The notes below the pieces were generated by a model that was not told the DNA's origin, did no database searches, and worked only from the letters and a program-made list of their open reading frames with translations. The translations under genes were made by a program, and so were the position numbers. A stretch of DNA of 63,998 nt, filler included, from Jimgerdemannia flammicorona (Eukaryota): assembly GCA_003990765.1 (NCBI GenBank). It is 3 parts of 3 records of this genome, joined end to end, with 100 filler letters (N's around TTAATTAATTAA, not from the genome) between each part and the next. Parts side by side here need not be neighbours in the genome. Positions count along the whole stretch, not along the records: positions 1 to 21,453 come from RBNJ01001448.1; positions 21,554 to 43,000 come from RBNJ01001449.1; 1 more part is not named here. One strand, given 5' to 3'. Within the stretch, counting starts at the first letter, position 1. Each line of letters opens with the position of its first letter. Below, piece after piece: positions 14,376 to 24,860 of this stretch.

Positions 14376-15960
14376 TCAAGGATTTTGCCCAAATTGCTGC
14401 CCCAATCTGAATCCTTCTCAAGAAAGGAATGCCATTCAATAGACAGAATCACAGGAAAAAGCCTTCAGAGAACTCAAGAACTGCATGACTACAGCATCAA
14501 TCCTTGTGCACTCCAATCTATAGAAGCCATTCATCTTGTATACAGATGTTTCCAAAGATGGCCTAGGAGCAGTTCTAGCCTAAGAAGGACCTGACCAACA
14601 GTACCATGTGATAGCTTATGCAAGTAGAACTACCAATTAGCAGCAGATGAACTATGGTAGCACCAAACTAGAATGTCTTGCAGTCATATGGGTGGTCACC
14701 CTGTTCAAGCATTATCTTATTGGTAAAAGATTCACCCTGATCACAGACCATACAGCCCTCAAATAGCTATTTAACTGTAAGGAATCTGCCAGAATCCTAG
14801 CCTGCTAGATCCTTATCTTTCAGAATTACAAAATCACAATTATTCACAAAGCAGAGAAAGCTCACAACAATATTGATATACTTTCCCATCAGCCCCAATG
14901 AACCAGAAAAAGGGTGTTCTGAGGAACTACACCCTAAAGAAAGCTTCTTAGACCATCAAAGAACAAGAAGATCTCATCCAACAAGAACATCAGAAAGCCC
15001 ACCAAGGACAGACAAGCACAGAAGACAAGATTTGAAAACAATATCAACATTGGCCCTACCTCAGAACCCAAGTCTGAGATATCATTCAGAAATGTGACAT
15101 CTGCCAGAAGTACTAAGGAAAGAAGAACTATCAAGCCCCTCTGCAACCAATTTCCCCACTCACTCACATCTTTCAAAGATGGGGAATAGATGTAATTGGA
15201 CCTCTACCAGTTATACCAAGAAGAAACAAATATATCCTTGTATTTGTAAAACATCTGACCAAGTGGCCTGAGGCTTTCCTAATGGAAATCACAGATGCCC
15301 TAACCATTGTAGGCCTTCTCCATAGACTCACACTCATATATGGATTCCCAGAAGAACTCATCTCTGACCGAGGCACAGAATTCATCAACAATATAATTAT
15401 AAGTTATGCTCGAATTCACAAGATACATCTCAACTGGACCACATCATACTATTCCCAGACCAATGGCATGATAGAAAGGATGAACCAGACCATCAAGAAA
15501 GGACTTGCCCAAGTCAATTCTACCAATTGGGACCTCTGCTTACCTGAGATCCTATGGGAAATTTAGAACACCCCTACTGCCTCAACCAAACAAAAGCCAT
15601 TTGAAATAATGTTTGCTAAGAAAACAAGAACTGCTGACCATGAAAACCTTGGAGATCTTCTCAAGAAGGCAGAACAGTTATATAATCAGACTCGAGATCA
15701 GATTATCAAAGCCCAAGAAAGACAAAAGAAGTACTATGACCAAAGACAGAAGGATCAGGAGATCAAGATTAGAGATTAAGTATTAGTTTGGAGAAGTATG
15801 ATTAAAACAAACTTCACTGCCAAATTGGAGCCCAAATGGGAAGGATCTTATCTTGTATACAATATCAGAGAAACCAGCATCTATTTAAGAAGCATGGATG
15901 GATGAACCCTGAGAACATCAGTATACATCAATTGCCTCAAGATATATCTCTTCTCATACT

Positions 15961-16473
15961 ATGAACTAGAGAATTGACAACTACCTCCAAACCCTTGTCC
16001 TCAGTTCCCTCCAAGCCCTACCAGTTCTCCTGCCTCAGTTCTGGGAATCCAATGGAATATATCTTCAGAAAATCTGAGTTCATCAAAAGAACCTCACTTT
16101 GGCTGAGAGGCTACTCTAGGTCCACCAGCTGCAGGCATACTATACAATTAGAGAGCAATTGCAGAATCTTCCTCTCCCAGACCTAGCCTATGTCTGAAAT
16201 ACCACTGGTCTGAACAGAAGGAATATTACTGCTGCAGACAGACTATATACAATATACAAATGAAATCCTTCTGCCTTAATCCAGGCCCAGTTCTCCTGGA
16301 ATGACCTCTAAAGGATAACACTGCCCACCTACTTCAGTATCATTCACTAAGTAGAGATCCTATTTCCTGAGGAAGAAGAAGAGCTCCTGGAATGAAGTGA
16401 CTGTAGCTTAGATAATGATGATAGAACAGGTATAGATGCAGAAACTGCTTATGCCTATTGAGATGATAACTGA
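15961..16473 (+). pseudogene. Extra ORF (~170 codons) downstream of integrase in element A
   Basis: Single frame MN*RIDNYLQ...QLQAYYTIREQL...NITAADRLYTIYK...DDN*; internal stops are all compatible with C->T/G->A changes; aligns by eye with the B-LTR and C extra ORFs. Confidence 0.65.
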
Positions 16474-16512
16474 AGAATAGTCTGGGACAGACTACCCTTT
16501 AGTAGGGGCTGA

Positions 16513-17230
16513 TGTAACAGACCAAAACATACCATCTGAATTATAACTTAGCCAGACGATGTGAACAATTAGTATACTTACTCAGCATGATGTAACTTCC
16601 AGTATATTATAGTTATCCATGTCTGTCACACTTATAATTAGCCAAGACACCAGATTAGGATTATTTATCTGTATTCTGAAGACACACTTATGTTCTGTGG
16701 ACACACTCATGTCCTATGGACACACTCATGTTCTGTAGATACACTCATGTCCTGTGGATATACCTATACTCAGAGGACACACTCAAGCATTACCAGAAGT
16801 AGTAAATCTATAGTTAGCTATATAGCAATCAGATAGCAACTAACTTGTATAAATTACCCCAGAGATAAGAGTGAATAAACCTCAGTCTGAAATACAAATA
16901 CCAAAGAAGTCTCTAAAGATTGAGCATTGGTCCCCTTTCCACTCTGGTCTACTTTCTGATATAAAGATTGATTGGTACATTTACCAGACTAAGCCTGAAG
17001 ATTTGCTGCCAAAGTTCAAAAAAGAACTTTGCCACCTTTTGAAGAGAAACCTGCTGCTTAAGGAATAAGCCATGCTATTGGTATACTTGCCAGATAAGCC
17101 TGAAGAACCCAAGTATTCACCACCATTCTTGCCACAAGTCAGTCTTTCTGATGCAACTTTGCAGTAGAGCCAGTCTATGATATGTATAACCCCATGCAAA
17201 TGAAGCCAGTCTTTGACATAACTTGCCAAG
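16513..17230 (+). repeat. Truncated 3' LTR of element A (contains a 19-bp tandem repeat at 16681-16765)
   Basis: Follows the PPT; homologous to solo LTR 55727-57010; similarity stops at ACTTGCCAAG where the LINE begins. Confidence 0.8.
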
Positions 17231-20200
17231 TATACTTTGGGGTCCCTGATGTGGCATAAGGGGGTCAGGTGGTAGCAGTTGGCGAGGATGAGCTGGTGGA
17301 TGTCCTTGAGGAGGAGTGGGATGAGGCTGCTAGTGTAGGAGCTGACACTACGATATTGGATACAGGGTGACTGTGGGGAACTTGTTGTGGATACACAAGA
17401 TGATAGATAACCTTGCAGCAGAGGCTTTGGAGGAGGTAGACCTGTGGGCAATGCCTGAGGAGCATTGGGCAAGGATTCTGTATGGTGATGGAATGGTGGA
17501 GGTACTGAAGGTGGAGATTCTGGCAATTTTGCTGGAGGAGGAGGGATATGAGGTTGATGAGGTGAGGAAGGCAGAGCTGGGGGTGGTCGCTGGTGAGTGG
17601 GCAGACTACTGTTGGGCAGAGCATCATGGTCTGCAGCTCTGGCAGGAGGCCTGTCTGGAGTATTGCGAGGATTTTGAGGAGCATGAAGATGGGGCAATAG
17701 TAGAACTTCTGGGAGAGTTGGAGGCATGGGAAGCTGGGGAGAGGGAACTGGCTGCTGAATATGACTTGGACTTGGTGCAAGAGGGGCAGGATGCTGACTT
17801 ATAGAGGATGGGACCCCGATATATATCATTATTCTTTATGAACAGTACAACCAACATTTTCTCCTTAAATGTGAATGGGCTAAGGGGCTCTGGGCAGCAT
17901 AGGAACATTTTTACTTGACTCAAGGGATTGGAGGCTGATCTCTTTTTATTACAGGATGTTAAGTGTGAGGATAAGGATGATTGGGTAGAGTGGACTAGGG
18001 AATGGGGGGGGGTTGCTGCTTGGTTTGAAAAGGTAGTAATTCTGGTAAGGAAGGGCAGAGGAGACTTGGGGGGAATCAGGAGCTGGGGCAATTGCTTGGT
18101 CTGAGGAGATTGGTATTGGCCAGAGTGGGAATTGGTGAAGGTGGGCTCTTGCTACTGCCCTGCGGCTAGGGGTGAGAGGACTGTATGGATTAGGGGATTG
18201 CTGGAGGAGGGTATTCTCTTGGAGGAAGGGGTCGATATTCTCAGTGGGGACTTTAATATGGTTTGGGATCAGTATCTGGACAGAACTGATGGAGGGAGGA
18301 GTGCTAGGGGTAGAAGTGGAGGTCTGGATACATGGGAGGAGGTGGAGACATTGAGCTCCTTGGGGGATATGGGCAGAACAAGGTGGGGTGACACCAGGGT
18401 CTACATACATTGGGTGAATGGCTTGGGTACAAGGATTGACTGGATTCTGATGGTGGAGTGCTGGGGTTCGGATGTTTGGAAGGCATTGGAAGTGGAGTGG
18501 TGTCTATGGTCTGATCACTGGGGACTGTTGGGGTAGGGGTAGTTTGGGGGGAGTGGAGATGGACCCAGACATTGGCACCTTAACTTCTCCCTGCTGGCTG
18601 AGAAGGGGCTGTGGGAACTGTGGGTGGAGGACATTCAGGCAAAAGTTTTTATCTGGAAGTGTGAGGGTTTGCCTGTGGCTGTCCACTGGATGAGGTTGAA
18701 AGAGGCTGTGAGGGTTTATTGGGGAGAGGCTGGTAGAAAGGCTGGGAGGCAGAGAAGGAGGTACACGAGGTGTGCTTCCAGCAGGCTGAGGAGACTACAA
18801 ATAGATTGGATGGATTTGCTCACTATTGTAGGGGTGGAGGATTGGAGGATAGAGAGGGCAAAATTGGAGATAGTGGAACTACAACAGGTGCTGAGGGAAG
18901 AGGAGGAGACCCATATGTGGGGCATGGCTGCTAGGCTGTGGTGGCAGGGGCTTAAAGAGGGTGAGTGGCCTACTAGGTACTTATCGAGACTTCTCAAAGC
19001 TAGGAGAGTGCGTCATCGGTGAGATGGGGTCCTGGATGCTGATGGAGACATAGTACACGGCATGCAACAAATCTTGGGGGTCTTGAAGGAGAGATGGCAG
19101 GACTTGTGGAGTGAGAGAAGGGGGTGCAGATGGGGCAGAGATTGCGAATACACTAGACAAGTGGGGGCCACCGCAGGTTGCTGGACTGAGGGACTTGACC
19201 TTGCCAGTGCAGGGAGAGGAGATCCAGAGTGTCCTGGCAGCAACTAAGCTTGGGATGGCACCAGGGGAGGATGGATTGCCATGGGACTTCTGGAAGAAGA
19301 TGGTAAATGTCCCCAGAGTTTTGGGTGAGATGGCTGCTCTTTGTGACCATGTTCTTCAGAGTGGTGAGTGGGTTGGAGAGCAGGATCTGGGGCTGGTGGC
19401 CTTACTGTACAAATCAAGGGAAGGAGGGAAGACTGGAAGAACTGGAGGCTGATCATGCTTCTGGATATAGACAGGAAGATGGTGACTAAGATGATTGTTG
19501 CAAGGCTGCAGAAAGTTGCCCAACAGGTGCTGGGGGAAGAGCAGAGGGGCTTTGTTGGGGGCAGGCTAATAAGAGATGGGACTGCATGGGTTCATGGTAT
19601 CATTGAAGGGGCCCGGGCCTGTGGACTGGATAGAAGATTGGTCTTTCTGGACCAGGAGAAGGCCTACAACCATGTATGGCAGGTGTGGCTGGGAAAGGTA
19701 TTGGACTGAATTGGTATTCCTCCAACATTTAGAGCCTCTATATTGAGTCTGCTGGAAAGTAGTCGGGCAGCTCTGATGTGTAATGGTCACTGTGGGAGGG
19801 CATTTCCCTTGGGAAGAGGAGTATCTCAGGGGGACCCTCTATCCCCGATTCTCTATGCCCTTTCACTGGAGCCATTGATGGATAGGATTTGCCAGAAGGT
19901 AGCAGGGCTCTCTATATATAGTATAGTGTGGAAGGTGGGGGCCTTTACTGATGATATGGTGGTTGGACTTGGGTCTGTGGTAGATGTAGAGGTACTTCAG
20001 GAGACTGTGGAATGGTATGAGGCTCACTCGGGGGTGAAACTCAACTGGCATAAGTGTGAGACGATGGTGCTAGGGAATGGGTTAGTGGGTGGGGACGTCA
20101 TTGGAACAATTGTCCCTACTGGTGAGGTGGTGTGGTATCTGGGCATCTTCCTCTCTGTATATGGTTCTGTCTTGCCACGAGTGTGGTGGGAGAGCAGGGT

Positions 20201-21453
20201 GAATAGTTGGGGGGAGGCCCTTCAAGGTTGGGGAGGCTGCCATATCTCTCTAGCAGAGCAGGTGTTAATCCTGAATGTATATTGGTTCCCAAAGCTGTGG
20301 TATGTGACATATCACCTTGACTTCCCAGCATGGGTGGTGAAGAAGCTGACGAAGGTGGCTAGAGATTGGATTTGGGTGGGAAGGAGGTCCCAGGTCAGTT
20401 GGGATACTCTTGTGAGACTGGTAGTCAGGGGAGGTCTTGGCCTGGTGGATTTCCCTAAAAGGCTGCACTGCTTAAGAGCCTGGTGGTTGAAGAGAGCTGT
20501 GGAATTGCAGGGTGGAGGTTGGGTATCTCTACTGCAGAAGGTATGGAAGATGCGAACATCCCCTTGAGGGTCCTCCAGAGATCTGCTCTCTTTGGTGGGG
20601 CTGAATGGAATTCGGAGGCTGTGGTTCAAGGGCTTTTAGTGGAGAGTGGCTGATGAAGTGTACTGAATTGACCTGCGCTGGCAAGGTAACGAGGAGGAGG
20701 CAGTGTGGGGGTCTAATATGTGGCATTGGGATAGACTGCTCCTGGGGGGGTACTCTACTGACTGCATTCGATATTGGGGAGGGAGTAGAGTATCAGCAGG
20801 GGCTTGGCCAGGATCTTTGGCCGAGTGGCTGGCAGGCAGTTGGAATCAGAGAGGAGTGGGACTAGGCAGGCATCTGGTCTTGGAGTGCAGAGGTATGGAG
20901 GTGGCTTCCTCCCAAGTTCTAGGTGGTATGGTGGAGAATGTTGCAGTGGAATATCATGCTGAATTTCCACTTGGGGCATTTAGTAGAGGGTGGACAATTT
21001 GACTGTGAGGAGTGTTATGATGTTGGGCAAGCTGGGGGTCATGTACAGATGCCAGAACATTGGCTGGGAGAGTGTGAGGTTTTGGGGGAATTTTGGGCTG
21101 AAATAGGAGATAGACTGGGTGTGGGGTATCAGCTGGTAGGGGGGAGGGTCGTTGGGAGGACTTAAGATCTCGGCTTGTAGGTGGGGTGGGTGATAGTTGG
21201 CTTACTGTAGGGTGGGTGTTAGCAGTATGGGTGGGACTGGCAGGACATTGGCTTTTTGTATTTGAGGAGGGGCAGTGGTTAGGGCTATGAGAGAAGGTGT
21301 TAAGGTGGGAGGAGCTGGTGGGAGATCTGCTGACTGGATGGTGGGTGGGTTGGGGTCCTCAGGGGGGACAACATCGCAGTTTGGTAGTAAAGATCTGTGA
21401 GCAGAGTAGTGGGAGGGTGGGGATAGTGTTCGATAAAGTGGTCTTTTACAGGG
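17229..21453 (+). mobile_element. 5'-truncated L1/Tx1-type LINE, copy 1 (end of ORF1; ORF2 APE endonuclease-RT-CCHC), runs into the gap
   Basis: ORF2 ATG 17838 MNSTTNIFSLNVNGLRG; GDFN and SDH endonuclease motifs; RT QRGFVGGR, LDQEKAY, GVSQGDPLSP, FTDD; CEEC...EHWLGEC at ~21004-21075. Confidence 0.9.
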
Positions 21454-21553
21454 NNNNNNNNNNNNNNNNNNNNNNNNNNNNNNNNNNNNNNNNNNNNTTA
21501 ATTAATTAANNNNNNNNNNNNNNNNNNNNNNNNNNNNNNNNNNNNNNNNNNNN
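21454..21553. other. Artificial gap/linker
   Basis: N44-TTAATTAATTAA-N44, with stops in all frames. Confidence 0.95.
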
Positions 21554-22086
21554 AGGAGGATCAGTTGGTTTATAGCGATGAAGAGGAGGATCAGTTGGTT
21601 TATAGCAATGAAGAGTAAGATCTGTTCACACCGGTAAGTTCTTTATTTTCCTGATTTACTTCCTATTTATTTCCGATTTCATTTTGATTTCTGATTCCTA
21701 ATTATGTTTCTGTTTGTTTATTCTAAATATATCTTAGATGTGCAATATTTTTTTTTTGGTATCTTGTAGCTTAAAGGCGGATTAAAGACAGGTCTGTGTC
21801 GGGTTAAATACGGGTCAGGGTCGGGTCACATATATTTCTCAGGTTGGGTTAAAGATGGGTTACGTATAATTCCGGGTCGAGTTAAAGACAGGTAACGTAC
21901 ATTTCCAGGTCGGGTTAAAGATGGGTGACGTATAATTCCAGGTCGGGTTAAAGATAGGTGATGTATTATTCCGGGTCGGGTTAAAGACAGGTGACGTATA
22001 ATTCCGGGTTGAGTTAAAGATGGGTGACGTATAATTCCGGGTCGGGTTAAATATGTACACGGGTCGGCTCGGGTTGCGATGCACTA
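21554..22086 (+). mobile_element. Probable 3' end of a hAT-like DNA transposon with a subterminal 33-bp tandem array
   Basis: Acidic ORF tail EDQLVYSDEE x2 then TAA; ~6.5 copies of CCGGGTCGGGTTAAAGAYRGGTGACGTATAATT (21838-22052); terminus ...GGGTTGCGATGCACTA abuts Gypsy RNase H sequence. Confidence 0.5.
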
Positions 22087-24418
22087 CTCAGCTCTCACCT
22101 GGCTACTGACAACCGGACAACCCAAGGGAATCTATGCTAGATGGATAATGAAGTTATAAGCCTATGATGTAACCATCATGCACCGCCCTGGAAGAACAAA
22201 TTCCAATGCAGATGCTCTCTCACGGATACCTCAAACTACCTCCAACCAACAAATCAATCATGAATAAGGAGCTCTACTATAGAATCATCACATACCTGGG
22301 ACAGCGAAAGATGCCCCAACATCTGGAAGAATGGATACAAACGATTATCAACAGGATATGGAAACAATTCGAAACCAACGGAGAAACACTGAAGAAAGGA
22401 AAACTACTAGTCATACCAGAACACAAGAAGGAGCAAGCAATGAAATCAGTACATGAACTTGGTTATCTAGGAGGAACGAATACATATGACAAGGCAAGAA
22501 GAACAATATGGTGGCCAGGGATGGAGGAAGATATCAGACAATTCGTCAAGACCTGTGACAAATGCCAGAAACAGAAACAAGACCAACGAAATCAAGCCCC
22601 AGGATCAGCACACATAGAACCAGTACCATTCGCCCACATTGCAATGGATGTAATCGGCCCCCTACCCTTGACTTTGACTGGCAACTGATACATCATTGTC
22701 ATTGTAGACCTTTTTATAAAGTGGATAGAAGCGGGACCCCTTATGGAAGCCAATGCACAGTCAATCGCCAATTTCTTCCACAAGGAAATCATCTGCCGGT
22801 TCAAGACCCCAACACAAGTAACTACAGATAGAGGAACTGAATTTGTGAACCAGTTCTTCGAAGTTCTCTATAAGAAGTACAAGATCCAGCACATTCGGAC
22901 CACAGTCTATCACCCTCAAGGAAATGGACAAGTAGAAAGGACTAACAAGACCCTCAAGAATGTTATCGCCAAGATCTGTAATAGCTACGAGAACTGGGAT
23001 CACTATCTACCAATAGCATTATCCGCTCTCCGGGATATCCGATCACAAAGTACCCACTTTACCCCTCGAGAAATGCTGTTCGGAGAAGAATGTTCTCAAG
23101 GAACCCTATCATCCAATAGAGATGCTGTATGGAAACATGTGGACACGGAAATACGGAGACTACACCAAATCAGGAAGAAGGCTGAGGATTACATAACGAA
23201 GGTGCAGACACTACAACGGAGGAATGCGGAAAAGACCCACAAACCCTTGGAGATCATCAAGATAGAAGACAAAGTCCTGGTGTATCGGAATATGGTTGAA
23301 GCTTCATGGTCACGAAAACTGGAGCCCAAGTGGGAAGGACCTTACCTTGTGCAAGATATAAAAGGAACCACCTTTTGGCTACGAAAACCCTCAGGCACAA
23401 TAATCCCCACCACAATTCACCGAAACCGGCTCAAGAAATATCATGGCCAGTAACAAAAGTACCGCGATGGTACTCAAGATCACTAGTGCTGCCCAAAGAG
23501 CCATCGAAAGACAATGGCACACCACCGAGCCTCCGACCATAGAGCCATTCTATGAGGATATTCAGAGTATTGTACAGACTCATCTCTCTCGAATCTCGCA
23601 CTTTAGAGCCTATCAATATCGAGCAGAATTCCAAGAGTACTTCAAGCTTGGACAGGTGCTCAATCAGGATTCAGCAAAGACCAAGGAGGACTAGATTACC
23701 GAGTGTCAACTCTCTCACTCACAGATCACTATTGCCAAAAGGATCCACAAGTTATTCTGAGAAGATGAAGCAGCGATAGACCACCTGAGAGGAGTAACCC
23801 CTACCGACTTTGAGAAAGTGAGAAGACATCATTGGGAAACAGTTATGCAGCAAATTGCATAGTACAAGACCATACAGACTATTGAAGCCTGGGAGTTTGA
23901 ATAGATGCCTCAGGGACGAGACCATCCATTCAGGAGGAAGTTGTGATGGTACAGCCAGATTTGGAAGAAGGCAATAGGGAATAGACACTTGATCGCACCC
24001 ATTCCCAAAGTAGTATAGCATTATAGTTAGCAGTCCTCGATTTTGACATTGTCTAAATTCTTAGACATTATCTAAATTTTGGACATTATCCAAATCGAAT
24101 ACCCCGATTTAGTATAGCATTTAGACATTGTCCAAATGTTTCGACAAAGTCCAAATGACTCATTTATTACTTAGCCACCCTTTCATAGCTAGCAAACTTG
24201 TATAAATAACCCAGTATCTTTGAGTGAATAAAACCTCAGATCGAAATAGTTCAAAGCAAAGAGATAGCAAAGGAACTAGTAAGTCTGCGGGCAGATACAC
24301 TTCGAACTTACCCACCCTCCCCTGCAACTTCAAGAGACTCTGTGAGAGTCAGAACAGTCAAGTTTTCAAGATACAGAAATCCGACGTACTTTCAAGAGTA
24401 AGCGTCTGCTATGTTACA
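22087..24418 (+). mobile_element. Ty3/Gypsy element C, 3' part: RNase H end, integrase, extra ORF, PPT, 477-bp LTR (23942-24418)
   Basis: HRPGRTNSNADALSR; zinc-binding region WWPGM...CDKCQ; AMDVIGPLP, TDRGTEF, HPQGNGQVER, WEGPY; PPT CAGGAGGAAG; LTR TGTGAT...GTTACA. Confidence 0.9.
23443..23904 (+). pseudogene. Extra ORF (~153 codons) overlapping the integrase stop in element C
   Basis: MASNKSTAMV...FQEYFKLGQVL...QITIAKRIHKLF*EDEAAIDHLRGVT...WEFE*, with three internal transition-type stops. Confidence 0.7.
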
Positions 24419-24860
24419 TTATATAATCTTTAACCTTTTTTCTAATTTGGTATAATTTCTATATCTCTATATCAATATATTTCTATAAGGTATCTCTATG
24501 AGATAATAGAGTTTCTTAAGAACTTTTTTCTCCAAATAGTATTTCTCAAAAGGTAAAATAGGTACTTTGTGATTAAATATCTTAAAGAGTAAATAATACT
24601 ATTAGCAAATAGTAGTCTCAGTTTTTATAGTTATTATAGATTTTGGTAATAATATTCTTAAGAGTCTTATTAGTTCTTTTTACTTATCTATTTTTCTAAG
24701 AGTATAGACTATAGTCTGAAAATACTGGATCTTATACTTTTTATAGAGAACCTCAAAGAACTGATTTATAAATTCTATTTCTTTATCTATAATTAGTTGA
24801 ATTAGGATCTTAAATTAGCAGATAATTTTTTTATAGAAGAAATTAGCAATTGACTATATA
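24419..24860 (-). pseudogene. Heavily mutated integrase fragment of C-family element F
   Basis: Reverse complement matches C integrase 22750-23190 after G->A/C->T changes (e.g. AATTAGCAATTGACTATATA vs AATTGGCGATTGACTGTGCA). Confidence 0.7.

Larger units (their letters stand above)
1..17230 (+). mobile_element. Ty3/Gypsy element A (decayed): gag end-protease-Cys/His spacer-dUTPase-RT, [element B inserted 3728-14375], RNase H-integrase-extra ORF-PPT-3' LTR truncated by a LINE
   Basis: Protease KILIDTGAAVCVI (~385-425). RT motifs IDYRKLN, YPLPRIDDLL, MPFGLCNGP, VYMDD (3150-3460). RT reads YRRFIK at 3727 and resumes DFAQIAAPI at 14381. RNase H LYTDVSKDGLGAVL; integrase ELISDRGTEF and QTNGMIERMNQTIK (15282-15566). 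PPT AGTAGGGGCTGA, then TGTAAC at 16513. Confidence 0.9.

Noticed and set aside
15961..16473. env gene call for the post-integrase ORFs
   Set aside because: Too short, with no visible signal peptide, furin site or transmembrane segment.
16981..18091. Pro/Ser-rich minus-strand ORFs (also 46811-47715, 59750-60376, 29234-30410)
   Set aside because: Antisense or alternate-frame shadows of compositionally skewed LINE and Penelope coding strands.
21498..21509. TTAATTAATTAA palindrome (also 43045-43056)
   Set aside because: Assembly linker inside N runs; adjacency across it is not biological evidence.
21838..22052. 33-bp repeats as a CRISPR array or telomeric repeat
   Set aside because: Units are head-to-tail with no unique spacers, there are no cas genes, and GGGTTA is not tandem.
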